Source: Enoplolaimus lenunculus (taxonomy: Eukaryota). From it: a stretch of DNA of 64,000 bases. Shown here piece by piece: positions 51,742 through 64,000 of the stretch. Each line of letters starts with the position of its first letter. Positions within the stretch are counted from its first letter, which is position 1. The position numbers and the translations under genes were made by a program. The stretch is from assembly GCA_030248215.1 (NCBI GenBank), contig JASANG010002214.1:248001-312000 (forward strand), written 5' to 3'. Below the pieces are notes generated by a model. It was not told the origin of the DNA, made no database searches, and was given only the letters and a program-made list of their open reading frames with translations.

Positions 51742-52543
51742 GTTGGAATATTGGCTTAGGCTTAAACTGCGCCTATAATTGAGTGAAATGTTTCGTTGAA
51801 AACGACAATTTGACATTTGAGGTTCGTTTCAACGCCGAGTCTAACATTTCTGTTTTTTGCTACTTCTCTCAAATATCGTTTGAAAATTAAGCCGAAAAAA
51901 TTTTTTGACAATTTTGCGCGCCGATGTCTTTCGATTGTAAGATTTATACATAGTTTCGATCGTAAATATGGTCTGTCCTTAGCTGGACGACGAGAATGAC
52001 CCGAAACTCTAACGTTTGTTTAATAATTTTGTGTAAATCTTGGCATTAAAAAGTGTTTTATAACTCGTATAGATGTTTTTGTGTAAAGAGTGATAATGCA
52101 ATGAACAATGTGATTGAATTCAGTCAGACGCTCAAAAACCGTTTTAAATTTGAACGGTAATTTTAATAAAATTTAAATTCTTGACTCGTATACGTCGAAC
52201 TTAATAGGCAGTATCATCTTTTATTGTTCGTTATCACAGCGGGTTTATAGCGTCGTTCGTATACTGTCATTTTCTTCAAAGTTTGAGTGAGGTAAAATTT
52301 AAAAAAGGCACTGAAGTTGTGTCAGAAAGATTGACAATTTGACATTGAGTATTGATCCGACGGTTATAATGCGTTTGAACCCACACCGGGGCGAGTTTTA
52401 CAAAGTATTGCAGGGTTTATTTCATTAGAGCTTTTGGAAACGCTCGAAACAACACTTCTACAGGCAACAGAATATTAACCTGTATACAGATACTGTTATG
52501 AAAAATCTCTTGGAATTCTGAACCAATGTCAAGATCAGAGGCG

Positions 52544-52946
52544 GGCCCATGTATAGAACAGGGCCGGAACAGTAGTATAAGCATACTCCTAAGCCTAAGC
52601 CTAAGCAAAAGCCTAAATCTATTAAGCGTAAGCATAAGCCTATTCTAAGCCTAAGCCTAAGTCGAAGCCTAAGCAAAAAGTTAGTCTTTTTAAGTTTAAA
52701 CTGACTCTATTACAGCCCCACAGGAAAACGATTCGACTCTGTTCTACACATGGGTCCACTGGCGGAACGTAGGTTCTGTGGACTGCAATCGAGTAAGCTT
52801 AAGCTTTAGACTGATTTTTCGCTTACGCTTAAGCTTCGGCCTAGGCTTAGATATAAGCTCATTCTTACGTTTAGGCTTAGGCTTAAGCTTAGACAGGCTT
52901 AGGAATATGCTTAACTTCTATTACGGCCCTGTTTTATACATTGGCC
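52544..52946. mobile_element. Two adjacent, oppositely oriented TTAGGC-bearing MITEs
   Basis: 52544-52756 has GGCCCATGTATAGAACAG...GTTCTACACATGGGTC ends, (CCTAAG)n and flanks CAGAGGCG / CACTGGCG. ~52765-52946 is truncated on the left, has (TTAGGC)n and ends ATACATTGGCC. Confidence 0.8.
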
Positions 52947-53419
52947 TAATTCTGTATAAATTCAGCTCCGATACATATATACCATTGGCTTACTGAAACG
53001 TATGGAAGGGGGCAAGGATTATATCCCCCGGTTTGATCCTGGAATAAACGGTTTTTCATTTGAATTGGGTTATACAAGCCTCGGGAATGAAATCCTGGTT
53101 TACACTCACGATGTCGTGATATTGTCTAATAGCCAAGAAAATGGAAACTGGTTGTGTCTGCAATGTTGACATTTGGCTTGTTTAAATTTTTCAAATCAAA
53201 CACAAGATTAAATCCAACTAAAATTGCATTAAGCATCAATTTTGGCACATAAACCAGATCAAAATATTTTCTATATTGTGCAATATATGGTGTAGATCAC
53301 AGGTAAACACTGTTTTTAATAGCTGATATAAATGTTTCGTTTCGTGTAATCATTGTTTATTGGACGGATCGAGCTCTCAATCCGAAACGGGTATGCGAAA
53401 CGATAACTACAGAACATTA

Positions 53420-53862
53420 CTGTAGTGACGCGAATAAGAGGGGGGACTGATATTTATTTGGCCTCTCCAGAGAATACCCCCCTTGTTATTCGGTTACGGA
53501 CTGTTATTTATTTTTAACCCACGCTCCGCCGTCCTTCGTTACTGATATATATCCGATACTGCGATTATCCGTTGAATTAAACGTTTATTTGTGTTGTGTC
53601 AATAACTTGAGCGTTAGGCTAGGTTATACTTAGGAATCTACTTTCAAAATTTAAGTACGCTTTAAAGTTTCGAACTCAAATTATTTGGTCCTGGAGTCAT
53701 TTATGCGCTGCAATTAGGGATAATCGACGTTTATGGACTCTAATTATGGTTTAGGGACTCTACCCGCTTACGGACTCTTATTAGTAATACGGACTCCTAT
53801 TGATTGGGATTCAAAATGCCCCCCTCTTATTACCCCACACCCTCTTGTTCGGGTCACTACAG
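53420..53862. mobile_element. Tc1/mariner-type MITE, full length
   Basis: TA|CTGTAGTGACGCGAATAAGAG ... CTCTTGTTCGGGTCACTACAG|TA, i.e. a ~21-bp TIR with a TA TSD. Confidence 0.85.
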
Positions 53863-54692
53863 TAAAACGCTAATACAAGCTAAAGAAGGCCATTCCGCTT
53901 TTAGTTTGCAGTTCAATCTTAAGCTTATGCGGATTTGTTTGCTTTAATTTGTTGGTCAAATTTGATTACTTTATATTTCAATGCTTTCCATGTACTAGCG
54001 GTAATCATGTTTACTTGTTTGTGCAGTGACTGTGAAACTAAGCCTGATATTTAGAAGAAAGTCAATTGACAGGAATGAATCAAGTATTAATAAGCTAACA
54101 TTTATAGATGTAAATGCAACGTATCAAAAATAAAAACCATAAGTCGAAACTTGAATCCGAACCTCTGATTATAAGTCGACCCGCGCAAAGATAGGAGCGG
54201 AACGTTTTTGTGAGACTGGAATAGAGTAAGATTAAGCTATGGAGTTTTTTTTCTTTTGGCTGACGCTTAGGCTTTAGATTTAGGCTTAGGTATAAGCTCA
54301 TTCTTACAGTTAGACTTTGTCTTAGGCTTAAGCTTTAGGAATACGCTTATACTGCTGCTCCGCCCTCCGCTCATATACATTGGCTGGTTAAAAGTTTAAG
54401 CAGCTTACGCAAAGACCTGAACACGTTTCTATTGGCTGTACTCTACGCATATTTTGATTTTTTAATCATTCACACGGTTATCCTGGTTACCAATCAAAGG
54501 TGTCCATTTTTTAGCAATATAGCTTTGGAGGCTCAGCCCCTCGACAAAATTTTTTACCATGCTTGTAATTCAAATGAAATCCTCGATTGCCCGTTCTAAA
54601 CCGTTTTTGGCCACTTTTAGCATGTTGAGTTGGCTGTGAAACAATGGGCAGCTTAGCTGAAATTTCAAGTTTTAAGCTCTTATAACAAACAG

Positions 54693-54850
54693 GGCCAATG
54701 TTATTTTTAGGGTCGTAACAATAGATTAAGCGTATTTCTAAGCCTAAGCCTAAACCTAAACGTTACAAAAAATTGTAGTCTAGAATGTATTAAGTCTACT
54801 GTTTTACACACCCACCATAAACCGGGACGACCCTAAAAGTAACATGGGCC
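54693..54850. mobile_element. TTAGGC-bearing MITE, 8-bp TSD (Merlin-like)
   Basis: TIR GGCCAATGTTATTTTTAGGGTCG / CGACCCTAAAAGTAACATGGGCC with exact TSD ACAAACAG (54685-54692 and 54851-54858). Further degenerate copies at ~54180-54385 and ~55485-55650. Confidence 0.85.
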
Positions 54851-57266
54851 ACAAACAGGGCCGGAGCATCCACCCCCCATACTACTCATTTCGGGGGACC
54901 CACCCCTAAAAAGACCCCCACCCAAATCGGTTGACACAAAAACCGCTGAGGTGTTAAAATGCGTCTGGCTGCTCGATCGCTGCGTTCACGAGTTTGCGCC
55001 CCCCCACTCTGGAGTTTAGGTGGAGCCCCCACCCCTGTCTGCTTTTAGGCAGTGAAAACACACCACCGAAACTTGAGGAATTTTACAAAAAAATAAAATT
55101 TTATGAGAGCATTGAATTCAGTGCCCAACCCCACTTGACGTTTCAAAAGATCTACATCTTTGATAGAATTCAAGTCGTTGTCTGCTTTAAAAGCGGTCCG
55201 GCAGCGTATACAGGGCCGCAAAGCGGAAAACAAGCAAAAAAAGCAAACAATGCGGCTTTGTTTTTTGATTCTTTTACTAAAAATCGAAATTTCATTGGTC
55301 GTGTTGTTTAATACGACAATTTGTTACCCGACAACTGGTCAACCGACAATTCGTTGTTTGATACTGCGTAAACTGCAACAGCTTGTAATCCCGAGATATC
55401 GGCGACAGCAACCACCTAAAAACCTAAACCGATTAGAAAATTATTAAGTCAGCGAGTTGTGGTACCTGATGGTCGGGGATGATTGGCCAATGTATATGAA
55501 TCAGGGCAGTAAAACAGTAGTATCGGCATATTCCTAACTGTAAGTCTAAGGTTAAGTCTAAGCCTGAGCCAAAAAATTGGTCTAAAGGTTAAGCTTACTC
55601 CGTACCAATCTTTGGAAAAAGATAAACGCCTAAATCTTTACGTGCGTGCCTGGTGAGTTGTCGGGTCGACGAGGTGCCGTAGTCAATTAAATGTCGGATA
55701 ATGAGCTGTCGGTCAGTCTGCGAGTTGTTGAGCTACGAATTAACAACGTAATACCTGGTAAACCAGCGGCGTCAAGTCACAGAATTCGATTCTTGGATTA
55801 TCAGTTCACCACGTCCCAATCAAATTTGGTCGACGGTAAAAATTTAAATAAATTAAACACCAGTTGTATAGACGTTAGTTTCTTCTATTGGTAACTCGAA
55901 TTCTAAGAAAAAATATAGTTTCATGCTTTAGAATATCCTGTAGCTGAATCTTAATATTTGTTGTGTGCTCTGGAACTTTAATCTTGGCCATGCCATTGTC
56001 TTTGAGACTTGCACTTGCCACAAAATGCTACAAGCGGCACAGCTGATTTCGTGTTTTTAACGCCACCGAACGAAAACTTGAGCCCTGTTCACACGTGCAG
56101 GTTTTTGCTGCGAGAACTTGCAGCTGCTACTTGCAATTGCAAATTTGTCCAAAATCCCGTTCAAAAGCTTGCAGCTGCAAATAATTCATTAAAAATCATA
56201 GCTAGGAATTTTGTTCACATGTGTGTCTATAACCATCCAAGTTCACTGAATTTATTGCAGCCACTTTCTTATTGGCTAATGAAAAAATGCAAGTTCTGCG
56301 TGCAATTTGCAGCTTCCAATTCTCACAGCAAAAACTGGCACGTGTGAGTAGGGCATTAGCCGATGCCGGAGGTGTTTTACGAACAGAATGTTAGCGTTTC
56401 TCACCTGAGTCACAGCGATGTTTGCATAGAAAAAGCAAAATTGTTTCATCCGAAAAATTCTCTTTTATTTTCTTGTATGTTTGAATAGTTTTTTTCGAAT
56501 GACTCAACGACCCATTAATAAAAATAATCGCGTTTTGCCTGCTATTACAAGTACACTAAACCCGGACTTTGTTTAATAGTTCAAACTGTCTTGTTTACGT
56601 TTTTTTGCTGTTTATACATTTAAGTATTTTTATTCACAAATTGCACTTTGTATTTGTATTTTTATTTCAAACTTGCGTATTTTCCGACGCTTAAAAAATA
56701 TTGACGCTTGACAGTTGCATTGGTTTCTACTTCAAATACAAAATGCTGATTATACAACGGAAATTAAATTCGGTAGACGGCTTTATTCATTATTTTTGTT
56801 TTTTAAATTTGTACGCAACAGTTTGGTCGTTCTGTATTGCGCTTATGCAGGTTGCTTTTTGGCTGTGTTGTTAGTTTAATAATCTCAAGTCTACCGACAG
56901 GGCCGAAGCAGCCACCCACCATACCCCCCCCCCAAATTTGTGGGATCCACCCCAAAGAAAACGTCCACCCTAACAAGATTTTAAACAAAAATGTTAAATA
57001 TTTTCATCGTCACATGGGGCTCCCACCCCAAAATTTTAGGGTGCGCATTAATGATCACTTTTGCAATTTATGAACAGTTTTGTTTAAGCGTTTGTGCAGT
57101 GCGTACGAATGAGCTCAACGAGTTTACCTCAACAACGCGAATACGTTGTTGCTACGGTTACAAGCAGATTATACAATAGTATAGAATAAACACTAGTCGC
57201 GTTTAGTTTTTCCTCAAAAAATGGCTACAATTTGTTGTTTTTGCACGAATTTACGTTATGACCTCA

Positions 57267-57280
57267 TTATAATAATAATA

Positions 57281-57315
<35 letters not shown>
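57267..57315. repeat. (ATA)n/(ATT)n microsatellite
   Basis: ATTATAATAATAATAATTATTATTATTATT... run. Confidence 0.9.
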
Positions 57316-57316
<1 letters not shown>

Positions 57317-58065
57317 TCAACGTGCGGTTTTAGCTTTGTTCAATCAATCCATATTAAAATATCAACGATGTGGAAACAGATCTTTTTGTTTAAAAATTCA
57401 TATTTCAAACCACCTTCAATTCGAAACGCGTTCAAATACAGCTTCAGTTCAACGCAACAAAAGCATACGGAATTTAGTATGTTTGGACACTGCCAGGTTT
57501 TGCGATTATATCCAGGTCTTATTAAACCAGCTCAATATGCAAAACGGACTGTTGTGTTCATGAATGACGCACGGATATGTCACATGTCTTTCAAGCGGAA
57601 CAAAAACTTCTGTAGGGAGCCAAATATTTTCTATTAATGAAATAGTCCTTTTTGCCGGTCTCGGACTGCGATCCTGTTTCCGTTTATGCTAACATGTTTC
57701 CGTTATGCTGTTGCTTACTCTTTTAGCCAACAACCGTGTCTTATCTCTTTGTGTTTCGTAAAACTGACTCATATTATCATACGTAGTGACAGCTGCCCAC
57801 ACACATTGCCTGCTATATTGTTAGCAGTGAGGTTAGCAAATACATTGTAAGTTGTAACTTAAACTTCCAATCGTTCACTCGCAGGTAACTGAACATTGGT
57901 GATGTTGTCAGTAGGCAATAGGTCACTTTAATTTGCTTGATGTTTGCTCTAGAAATGGTTTCTTGACACGTGAATTAGCCGCGAACCCAATGATAAATTT
58001 GATTGGCTGAAGTAAAGGTCACAACGTTAACCTGGCAGAACACAGTTATGCCCTCAGTCATATTA

Positions 58066-58255
58066 GGCCCATGTTACTTCAAGGGACGTGTAGGTTTCTG
58101 GTGGGTCTGTAAAACAGTGGGTTTAGATTCTAGATTACCGTTTTTTTGCTTATTCTTAGGCTTAGGCTTAGGAACACCTTTTTACAATGTTTAGGCTTAG
58201 GCTTAGCTTAGGAATACGCTTAATCTACTGTTACGCCCCTAAAGTAACATTGGCT
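58066..58255. mobile_element. TTAGGC-bearing MITE
   Basis: GGCCCATGTTACTT...AAGTAACATTGGCT ends, same internal layout as 40772-40954. Confidence 0.8.
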
Positions 58256-59101
58256 TTTGATTATATCACGCATGAACGAAGCCAGAAAAAATTTAATGGG
58301 TTCTCAAGTTGTGATTTACGAATCAGGTTTAAATGGCAGATCCTGTATATAAATTTATATAAGGATCAAAGGTGGAAATCAAAGAAACATGCTGAATAAA
58401 CCGCAAAAACATTACTAATATGAAATCATAGCTGACATTTGACACGCTCCATAACAAACAGCACCAACACACAGTGTCAGATTAACGCCGACATTAATAC
58501 TCTGCTACCGTCCGACTCAAAGCCTTTTTCGATTTTTCGTTTGATAGCTTTTTTATCATTGGCTCACGGGTGTAGGCGGCTGTGCCACTCTCAAATATAT
58601 TTCAATCTAAAAACTAAAACAAATATAAATCCAAATCCTAAACCACACCTTAAGGGAGTTCCCGGCTCCGCAATCTAACAAGATCCTGCTTGGTTTTGTG
58701 CATGGTATTTACGCAGCCCAAATTGTCGACGCAATGACGCAACAGGTCTTCATGGCACTACTACATTGCTCATTCGTTATCGTCTCAGCTCTCTCTCTCG
58801 TTCGCGCGTACAAACGTAAATTTTTAATCTTAAAAAGAATTTTTGTGGAATTTTAATTTTTAATATTTGAGTAAAATGTTTACTTTGCTGAACACTAAAT
58901 ACAAATCGAACCTGTTGCGCTGTATCGTAAACCGCGGCGAAGTTGTTGTCTAAATTTTATACGCTCTAGTAAGTTTTGTAAAAGAGAAATATAGCATTTT
59001 TTTCGCTGTGTTTTATTTGCATACCACACCATACTGGACGAACGAGAACACCGATGCATGGTGAAAATTTGAACACCGCTGCTTCAGAACAGCGATAAAA
59101 C

Positions 59102-59294
59102 GGCCCATGTAAAGATCAGGGGTGGAACGTTTTTCTGCGGGATTAGAAAGGAGTAAGCTTAAGCTTCAGACAATTTTTTTGCTTGGCTTAGGCTTAGGCT
59201 TAGGCTTAGGAATATGCTCATTGTTACGTTTACGCTTCGGCCTAGGCTTAGTCTTTGGAAAATGCTTGTTCCGCCCCTGTTCTGTACATTGGCC
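59102..59294. mobile_element. TTAGGC-bearing MITE, 8-bp TSD
   Basis: GGCCCATGTA...TACATTGGCC ends, TSD GATAAAAC / GATACAAC (7 of 8 match), (GGCTTA)4 inside. Confidence 0.85.
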
Positions 59295-59493
59295 GATACA
59301 ACTATAATGCTGGTTCTGGCATGTGTTGAACAAACAATTTTCTGTCTTTAGAGCGCTGTCTATGGCTTTGCTCAAATACTAGTATTTAGCTTGAGATCTG
59401 TTTGTATTTTGCTAACTTTTCAACAATTTTTGCATTTTAGAACCGTATCAAATATATGCTGCCCTGCCCTGTATTTCAATATATAAGCGAGTC

Positions 59494-59708
59494 GGCCCAT
59501 GCATAGAACAGGGCCGGAACATTTTCCTACGGGGCTGTAATAGAGTCAGCTTTTGCTTTAGACTAACTTTTCTGCTTAGGGTTAGGCTTGAGCTTAGGCT
59601 TATGCTTAGGAATAGACTCATCCTTGCGCTTAGGCTCATTCTTAGGGTTAGGCTTAGGCTTAGGAATACGCTTGTACCACTGTTGCGGCCCTGTTCTATA
59701 CAGCAGTC
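59494..59708. mobile_element. TTAGGC-bearing MITE, 8-bp TSD
   Basis: GGCCCATGCATAGAACAGGGCCG / CGGCCCTGTTCTATACAGCAGTC ends, TSD AGCGAGTC / AGCGAGTA. Confidence 0.8.
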
Positions 59709-60805
59709 AGCGAGTATATGCACGGCTGGCTGTAAATTCAACTCCTTCTTGGAGAGTGACGACCTTACTTGCAACTAATCCGTTATTGGTTTAACCTAAT
59801 CTGGAGAAATTTATATCGAAATAAAAGTCAAAACGATGAGGTAATCGTTAAAATACATTTTTAAATTTGATAATTTTCATGTTTAAGGTGTCTCTAATAT
59901 TAGAATTAATAATGAATTTATGTGTCAAATTTGCAGCTGGCTTTGCATTATAATACTACACCACATAAATTGTTTAATTCTACTACTATAATAACGCTAA
60001 ACTATTAATGCGTACTAATTTTGTGGGCTAGTCGGTAATTTTTCTAATGATCCATCCGGTCCTCTCAGGAATTAAATCCGGTCAGGTCCGGTCCAAGTCT
60101 GGTTCAGGGTAGTACCGGATGGACACGTGAGAACAACTCAATGGATATATGTTGTTTAATATTTGACTGCATTGGTTTTTATTGATTTGAAGAACAAAGT
60201 TTTGTAAATGAAAAATCACTGGAAACTGTGTAATATTTTCTAACAAATCTAAACTGCTTAACATTTCAGCAATTAACCGACTAATGAAAGTGTCAGGGCC
60301 GAACCAGCCACTCCCCATATGCAACTTTTGCCGAAATTCCTATTTTATGGAGGGTGGCCTGACAGCTAAACACCAGGTCGGATAGCTTCGGATCAAACAC
60401 CGAATACCGAGAAATCCTGGTGGATTTGCGTCTGCGTTGAGAACTCCCATCCGGGAGTTTGAGACGAGCTTTCGCCCCCGTTTGCTCAGGCATTGGAAAC
60501 AGTCAGCCGACTGCTGATTCGGACCAGCGGATCACCGCTGCCAGACCGCTTGGGTTGGGGCTACAAACAGTCCGGCACTGCTCAGCATTATTCTGTCCGC
60601 TCTTCGACATACGGCCGGACCACGGGCTGTCTCATTTTTTTGAAGTCCACTTCAGTTCACATTAGTGTAACTTTTGACGAATAAAACCCAGTTAAAACAA
60701 ACCTGTGTATTCAGAGATATTTATATATTAATACAATAAAATGCATGACACAGCAAGATATCCTATTAATCTCGACAATGCCATCAAATTTAATGCCTCT
60801 TGCAG

Positions 60806-63424
60806 CTCATCTGACTATTTTCTCAGCCCTCCAGCGTGGTCGAGTACCCGTCCGATGTGGTATAAACGGAGTATGCGTCGCGACAAAAATTTCCTTCAAC
60901 ATCTAAACAGCGTACGACTTAATGAAATTCGATATCAACAAGCGGAACCGCTACTGCTCGCAGATCGTCAAGCCAGTCCGACAAAATGGGAATACTCTAA
61001 GGTAAGTGACAACTAAAGTAGTGTGTGACTTCAAAGATGATTTCAAGTGCGGTGATAAGGGGGAGGGCGGGCGATAGAGCGCGCCGCCCATTGATCCAAG
61101 CCGACGAATAATTTTTCGGCATAATTTGTAAGTTTCGGTCATTTTTGTGCAAAAATGTTGATCAATAATTTACGTTTCGCATTGATTAACTAAGCAAGCT
61201 TTGCGGTGGCGTTTTCAGCATGTAATCAATTGGTTTTCAAACTTCTCCCTGCGACAAAGTAAAGCTAATTGCATGTTTTTTCGGTCATTTCTTCCAGCTG
61301 ACGTTTCTCCAAATATGGTTGGATGATGAAATTTGTGACATATTTGAGGTTCTCTTACCTTCCTTGGACATTCCACGACCAAATTTGAATTCGTAGAAAA
61401 TTTGATCTTTAAGGTCCGATTCCCGTCCCACTTGGGACCTAAAAACTTTTTACTTTAGAAGTTAAACAATTTATACCATTCGACGCCGCTTGCGGAGCAG
61501 AGTCCAATTGGGTTAAATTTTTTACAGTCAGACCTCTCGTTAATGAGTTTTGGTCAAATAATTGTTTTGGCGCCGTCCCAACTCGTTGACAGCGCGCCAA
61601 ATCAGTTGTTTGACCATAATTCGTTAGCCAGTGTTTGATGGCAAAAAATTTAACACAGTTCGACTCAGCTCCACAATCTGCGTCGAATGGTCTATATTTT
61701 ATCTAAATATTTTACAAAAAATTTTTGGGTTCGACCCCAGGACTTTACAAGTTCAAATTTTTCAAATATCCAAATTTGTGCGTGTAATAACTGGGAAGGT
61801 TATGAGAAGCTCAAATATGCTAAATTTTTAAAGTCCAATCATCTTTGAGCGAAGACCGGTTGGAAGGAATAACCGAGATCATCCAAAAATTTGGTATGCG
61901 CTCCCCTTGTGGCCATTTGGCTATGAACGGCTACCATATATATGAGGGTGCGACCGGATACCAAAAAATGACAGAGTAGGCCCCTGAACCGGTAATCTAA
62001 TACCCGGCCTTAGCCGGAGCCGAATAATAAATTCATTCAAATATTAAAACGTAGCTAACAATTTTTTCTTCCGTGGCTTAAGGTATCCAAAGTGTTTGCG
62101 CGAAAAAGCTTAGCACCTCACACCGAAGCATATTTCATACCTTAACAACGATTCTATTCCACTGTTCTATGTTTATGAAGCGTTGCGTTCAGTAGCAATA
62201 TTTTTTGGCCCATGTTCCTTTTAAGGACATCCAGTTTTCCGTAGGTAGTATAAAAATAGAGGTGGCTATGATTAAGGCTATTATTTTTGCATAGGCATAT
62301 ATAGTGGTCCATGTTTTGCACAAAACCACCTAGGAAGGCACATTGGATGTAAGCTTTTTCATCAAATATAGCGATTTTTAGTATAGATAAACTGGAATAA
62401 TAAACGGGTACAACTTCTGAATAAATTCTATTTGAGATGTCCAATCGGTCTCGAAGCTTTGAATCCGATCTCGAATACGCTCCAAGCGATGGACGATGTG
62501 TGCCGTACTGTTCAAATCAAAATTGTCATAATGCGCCATTACTTGACCGGTATGATCAAGCAAATCTGTTATCGTCTGTCCCAGTTCAAGATACCAACGA
62601 CATATATCCCCAAAATCACAGTCCATTCGATGCGTTGATGCTTAAACGTAAGTTAACCGTTTGCTGCGAGCATCCATTAAGCTTATATACACGCAATGTT
62701 TAATCAGAATTGCGTCGAAACTGCAATATTTCTTTAAATACCGCGGTGGATCGGTTTTCCCGGGGTTCCTCAAGTGTCCGGCGCCCCTACCGTGAAGGGT
62801 TAGGGCGTGGTAGCCGCGGCCCGGGGCAGGGATAATTTACACAGCGCAGAATTTTTTAGCGGCGTTGTAGGAAAATTAATTTTTAAGTTCTGGGGCGAAA
62901 ATGTTTGTAAGGCGGTGGCGACGTCCATCGCTTTCCCCTCGGTGTTGCGGCTCCAAACTGACCCATCCAAAGGCCCAGCGTTTTAGCGAGAGTTTAAACC
63001 CTATTTTGCATCTGGCAATTCGTAGCCTGTGAAGTCGGTCCAAGGCGAAGAATGACAAGTTGCCTTTTCCATAATGCCCAAAAATTCGCTTAGCTATCCG
63101 ATTGAGACATTCCACAGGACAAAGACCCGAATTGGACAAGGGCTACTAACAAATAACTAGTCGAAAATGCTGATATAGCTAAGCAATTATACCTTCACTG
63201 ATTCGTATTACATTTTAGGCGTTTTTGGATTCGATCGTCTCGGATCAGCGAAAAAGTCTCGTTCGCGACCAGCATCAACCGTCACTCCAGCTTCAATTAG
63301 CAGCCATTCTCGCCATGGCAACGGCAAAATCACGTCTAACTCACAGTCGCAGGTTGCGCTGAATTCGGTCAGTTGTTTCGCGTTCGATAGTATTTTCGAT
63401 AGCCTTCACCGATCACACGATCAG
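60806..63424 (+). CDS. Putative unidentified spliced gene (three candidate exons; Ser-rich, low complexity; continues beyond window)
   Basis: Candidate exons 60806-61001 (TTGCAG...AAG|GTAAGT), 62437-62647 (TTTGAG...AAAC|GTAAGT) and 63219-63424 (TTTTAG...CAG|GTAAGC) join in one open frame: ...MWYKRSMRRDKNFLQHL...KWEYSK|MSNRSRSFESDLEY...DALMLK|RVFGFDRLGSAKKSRSRPAS...DSIFDSLHRSHDQ. No family recognised. Confidence 0.5.
61309..61895. mobile_element. Probable non-autonomous DNA transposon
   Basis: Imperfect inverted ends CCAAATATGGTTGGATGAT / ATCATCCAAAAATTTGG and internal inverted blocks (CATATTTGAG.TTCTC.TA.CCTTCC / GGAAGGTTATGAGAAGCTCAAATATG). Confidence 0.55.
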
Positions 63425-63477
63425 GTAAGCTGACATGGGTTTTGTGGGTATACGCGGTGTAGATTGTGTATGTGCAG

Positions 63478-63821
63478 CAGGGTGCAACCGGAATTACAAT
63501 TTACCGGAACCGGAAAGTGAAAAATGCATTTCACCAAAAATTTCATTTTAATCTTATTTTTTCTCTATTATTTGTGAAATAACCTTAGTGGAACATAGGT
63601 ATTTTTTTATTTGTTGTATTTTAGATTTTCATCATCGACTGAAGTTATATTCGGAGTACAAGTGGCTTTCAAAAGAGATTCTTAAAAATTAGCAAAGTTA
63701 ACATAACGGCCAAATTATAACACCGGAATTTTTAAATCCGGTAAAACTTTACCGAAACCGGAACCGGAACCGGAAGGCGAAAAAATGCCGGAACCGGAAA
63801 CGGAATTCCGGTTGCACCCTG
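63478..63821. mobile_element. hAT-type MITE, full length; family dispersed through the window
   Basis: TIR CAGGGTGCAACCGGAATT / AATTCCGGTTGCACCCTG, exact 8-bp TSD ATGTGCAG, subterminal ACCGGA repeats. Relatives at about 7569, 8530, 11027, 11694, 13174, 15206, 23830, 41870 and 61944. Confidence 0.9.
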
Positions 63822-63896
63822 ATGTGCAGAGTTTGGAACGGTAAGACACATATTACATACTCGTACACGTATAGCACCAAACGAAATTATGATATC

Positions 63897-63973
63897 GGCT
63901 GCGTGGTGTAATGGGTAACGCGTTTGACTCGCTCGCATGCGAAACGTCCGAGGTTCCATTCCCGTTGTGGCCT
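63897..63973 (+). pseudogene. tRNA-Ala(CGC)-like pseudogene or tRNA-derived SINE head
   Basis: Acceptor stem GGCTGCG/TGTGGCC (with G-U pairs), A-box TGGTGTAATGGG, B-box-like GGTTCCATTCCC. The anticodon arm ...CTCGCTCGCATGCGAAA carries a duplicated TCGC, which disrupts the cloverleaf. Confidence 0.6.
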
Positions 63974-64000
63974 TATCTTTCGGAGAAACAAGCGCGTGAC

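Noticed and set aside
57221..57637. 138-aa ORF with a poly-Ile stretch
   Set aside because: The poly-Ile comes from an ATA/ATT microsatellite. There is no recognisable domain or convincing splice context.
52544..59708. TTAGGC runs as a true telomere or chromosome-fusion scar
   Set aside because: Runs are only 2-5 units long, occur in both orientations and sit inside TIR-bounded elements.
52417..59794. LGLGLG / LRLRLR / KPKPKP ORFs
   Set aside because: They are translations of (TTAGGC)n inside MITEs.

Overview
AT-rich, intron-rich animal genomic DNA, probably a nematode (inferred from the many TTAGGC telomere-type repeats; splice acceptors are not Caenorhabditis-like). It holds three recognisable genes. 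PYROXD2 is on the minus strand with 13 exons in view and runs off the left edge. An intronless RAB5IF/OPTI ORF is also on the minus strand. A complete 39-exon ANAPC1 (APC1) is on the plus strand at 15448-47849. An unidentified spliced gene appears to start near 60.8 kb. The main discovery is a 6.5-kb non-autonomous Maverick/Polinton in APC1 intron 14 (24716-31192), with AGTAGT...ACTACT termini, ~90-bp TIRs and a perfect 6-bp GGCTTG TSD. It retains decayed minor-capsid and PW-like genes, possible intron-containing cargo, a TTAGGC-rich array and an extra internal terminus. Also present: a family of ~190-bp MITEs with 8-bp TSDs that carry telomeric repeats (Merlin-like), a decayed piggyBac, hAT, Tc1/mariner and Harbinger MITEs, a tRNA-Ala-like relic, and two splice-site anomalies in PYROXD2. 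All protein assignments come from manual translation and recalled family motifs; no database search was run.
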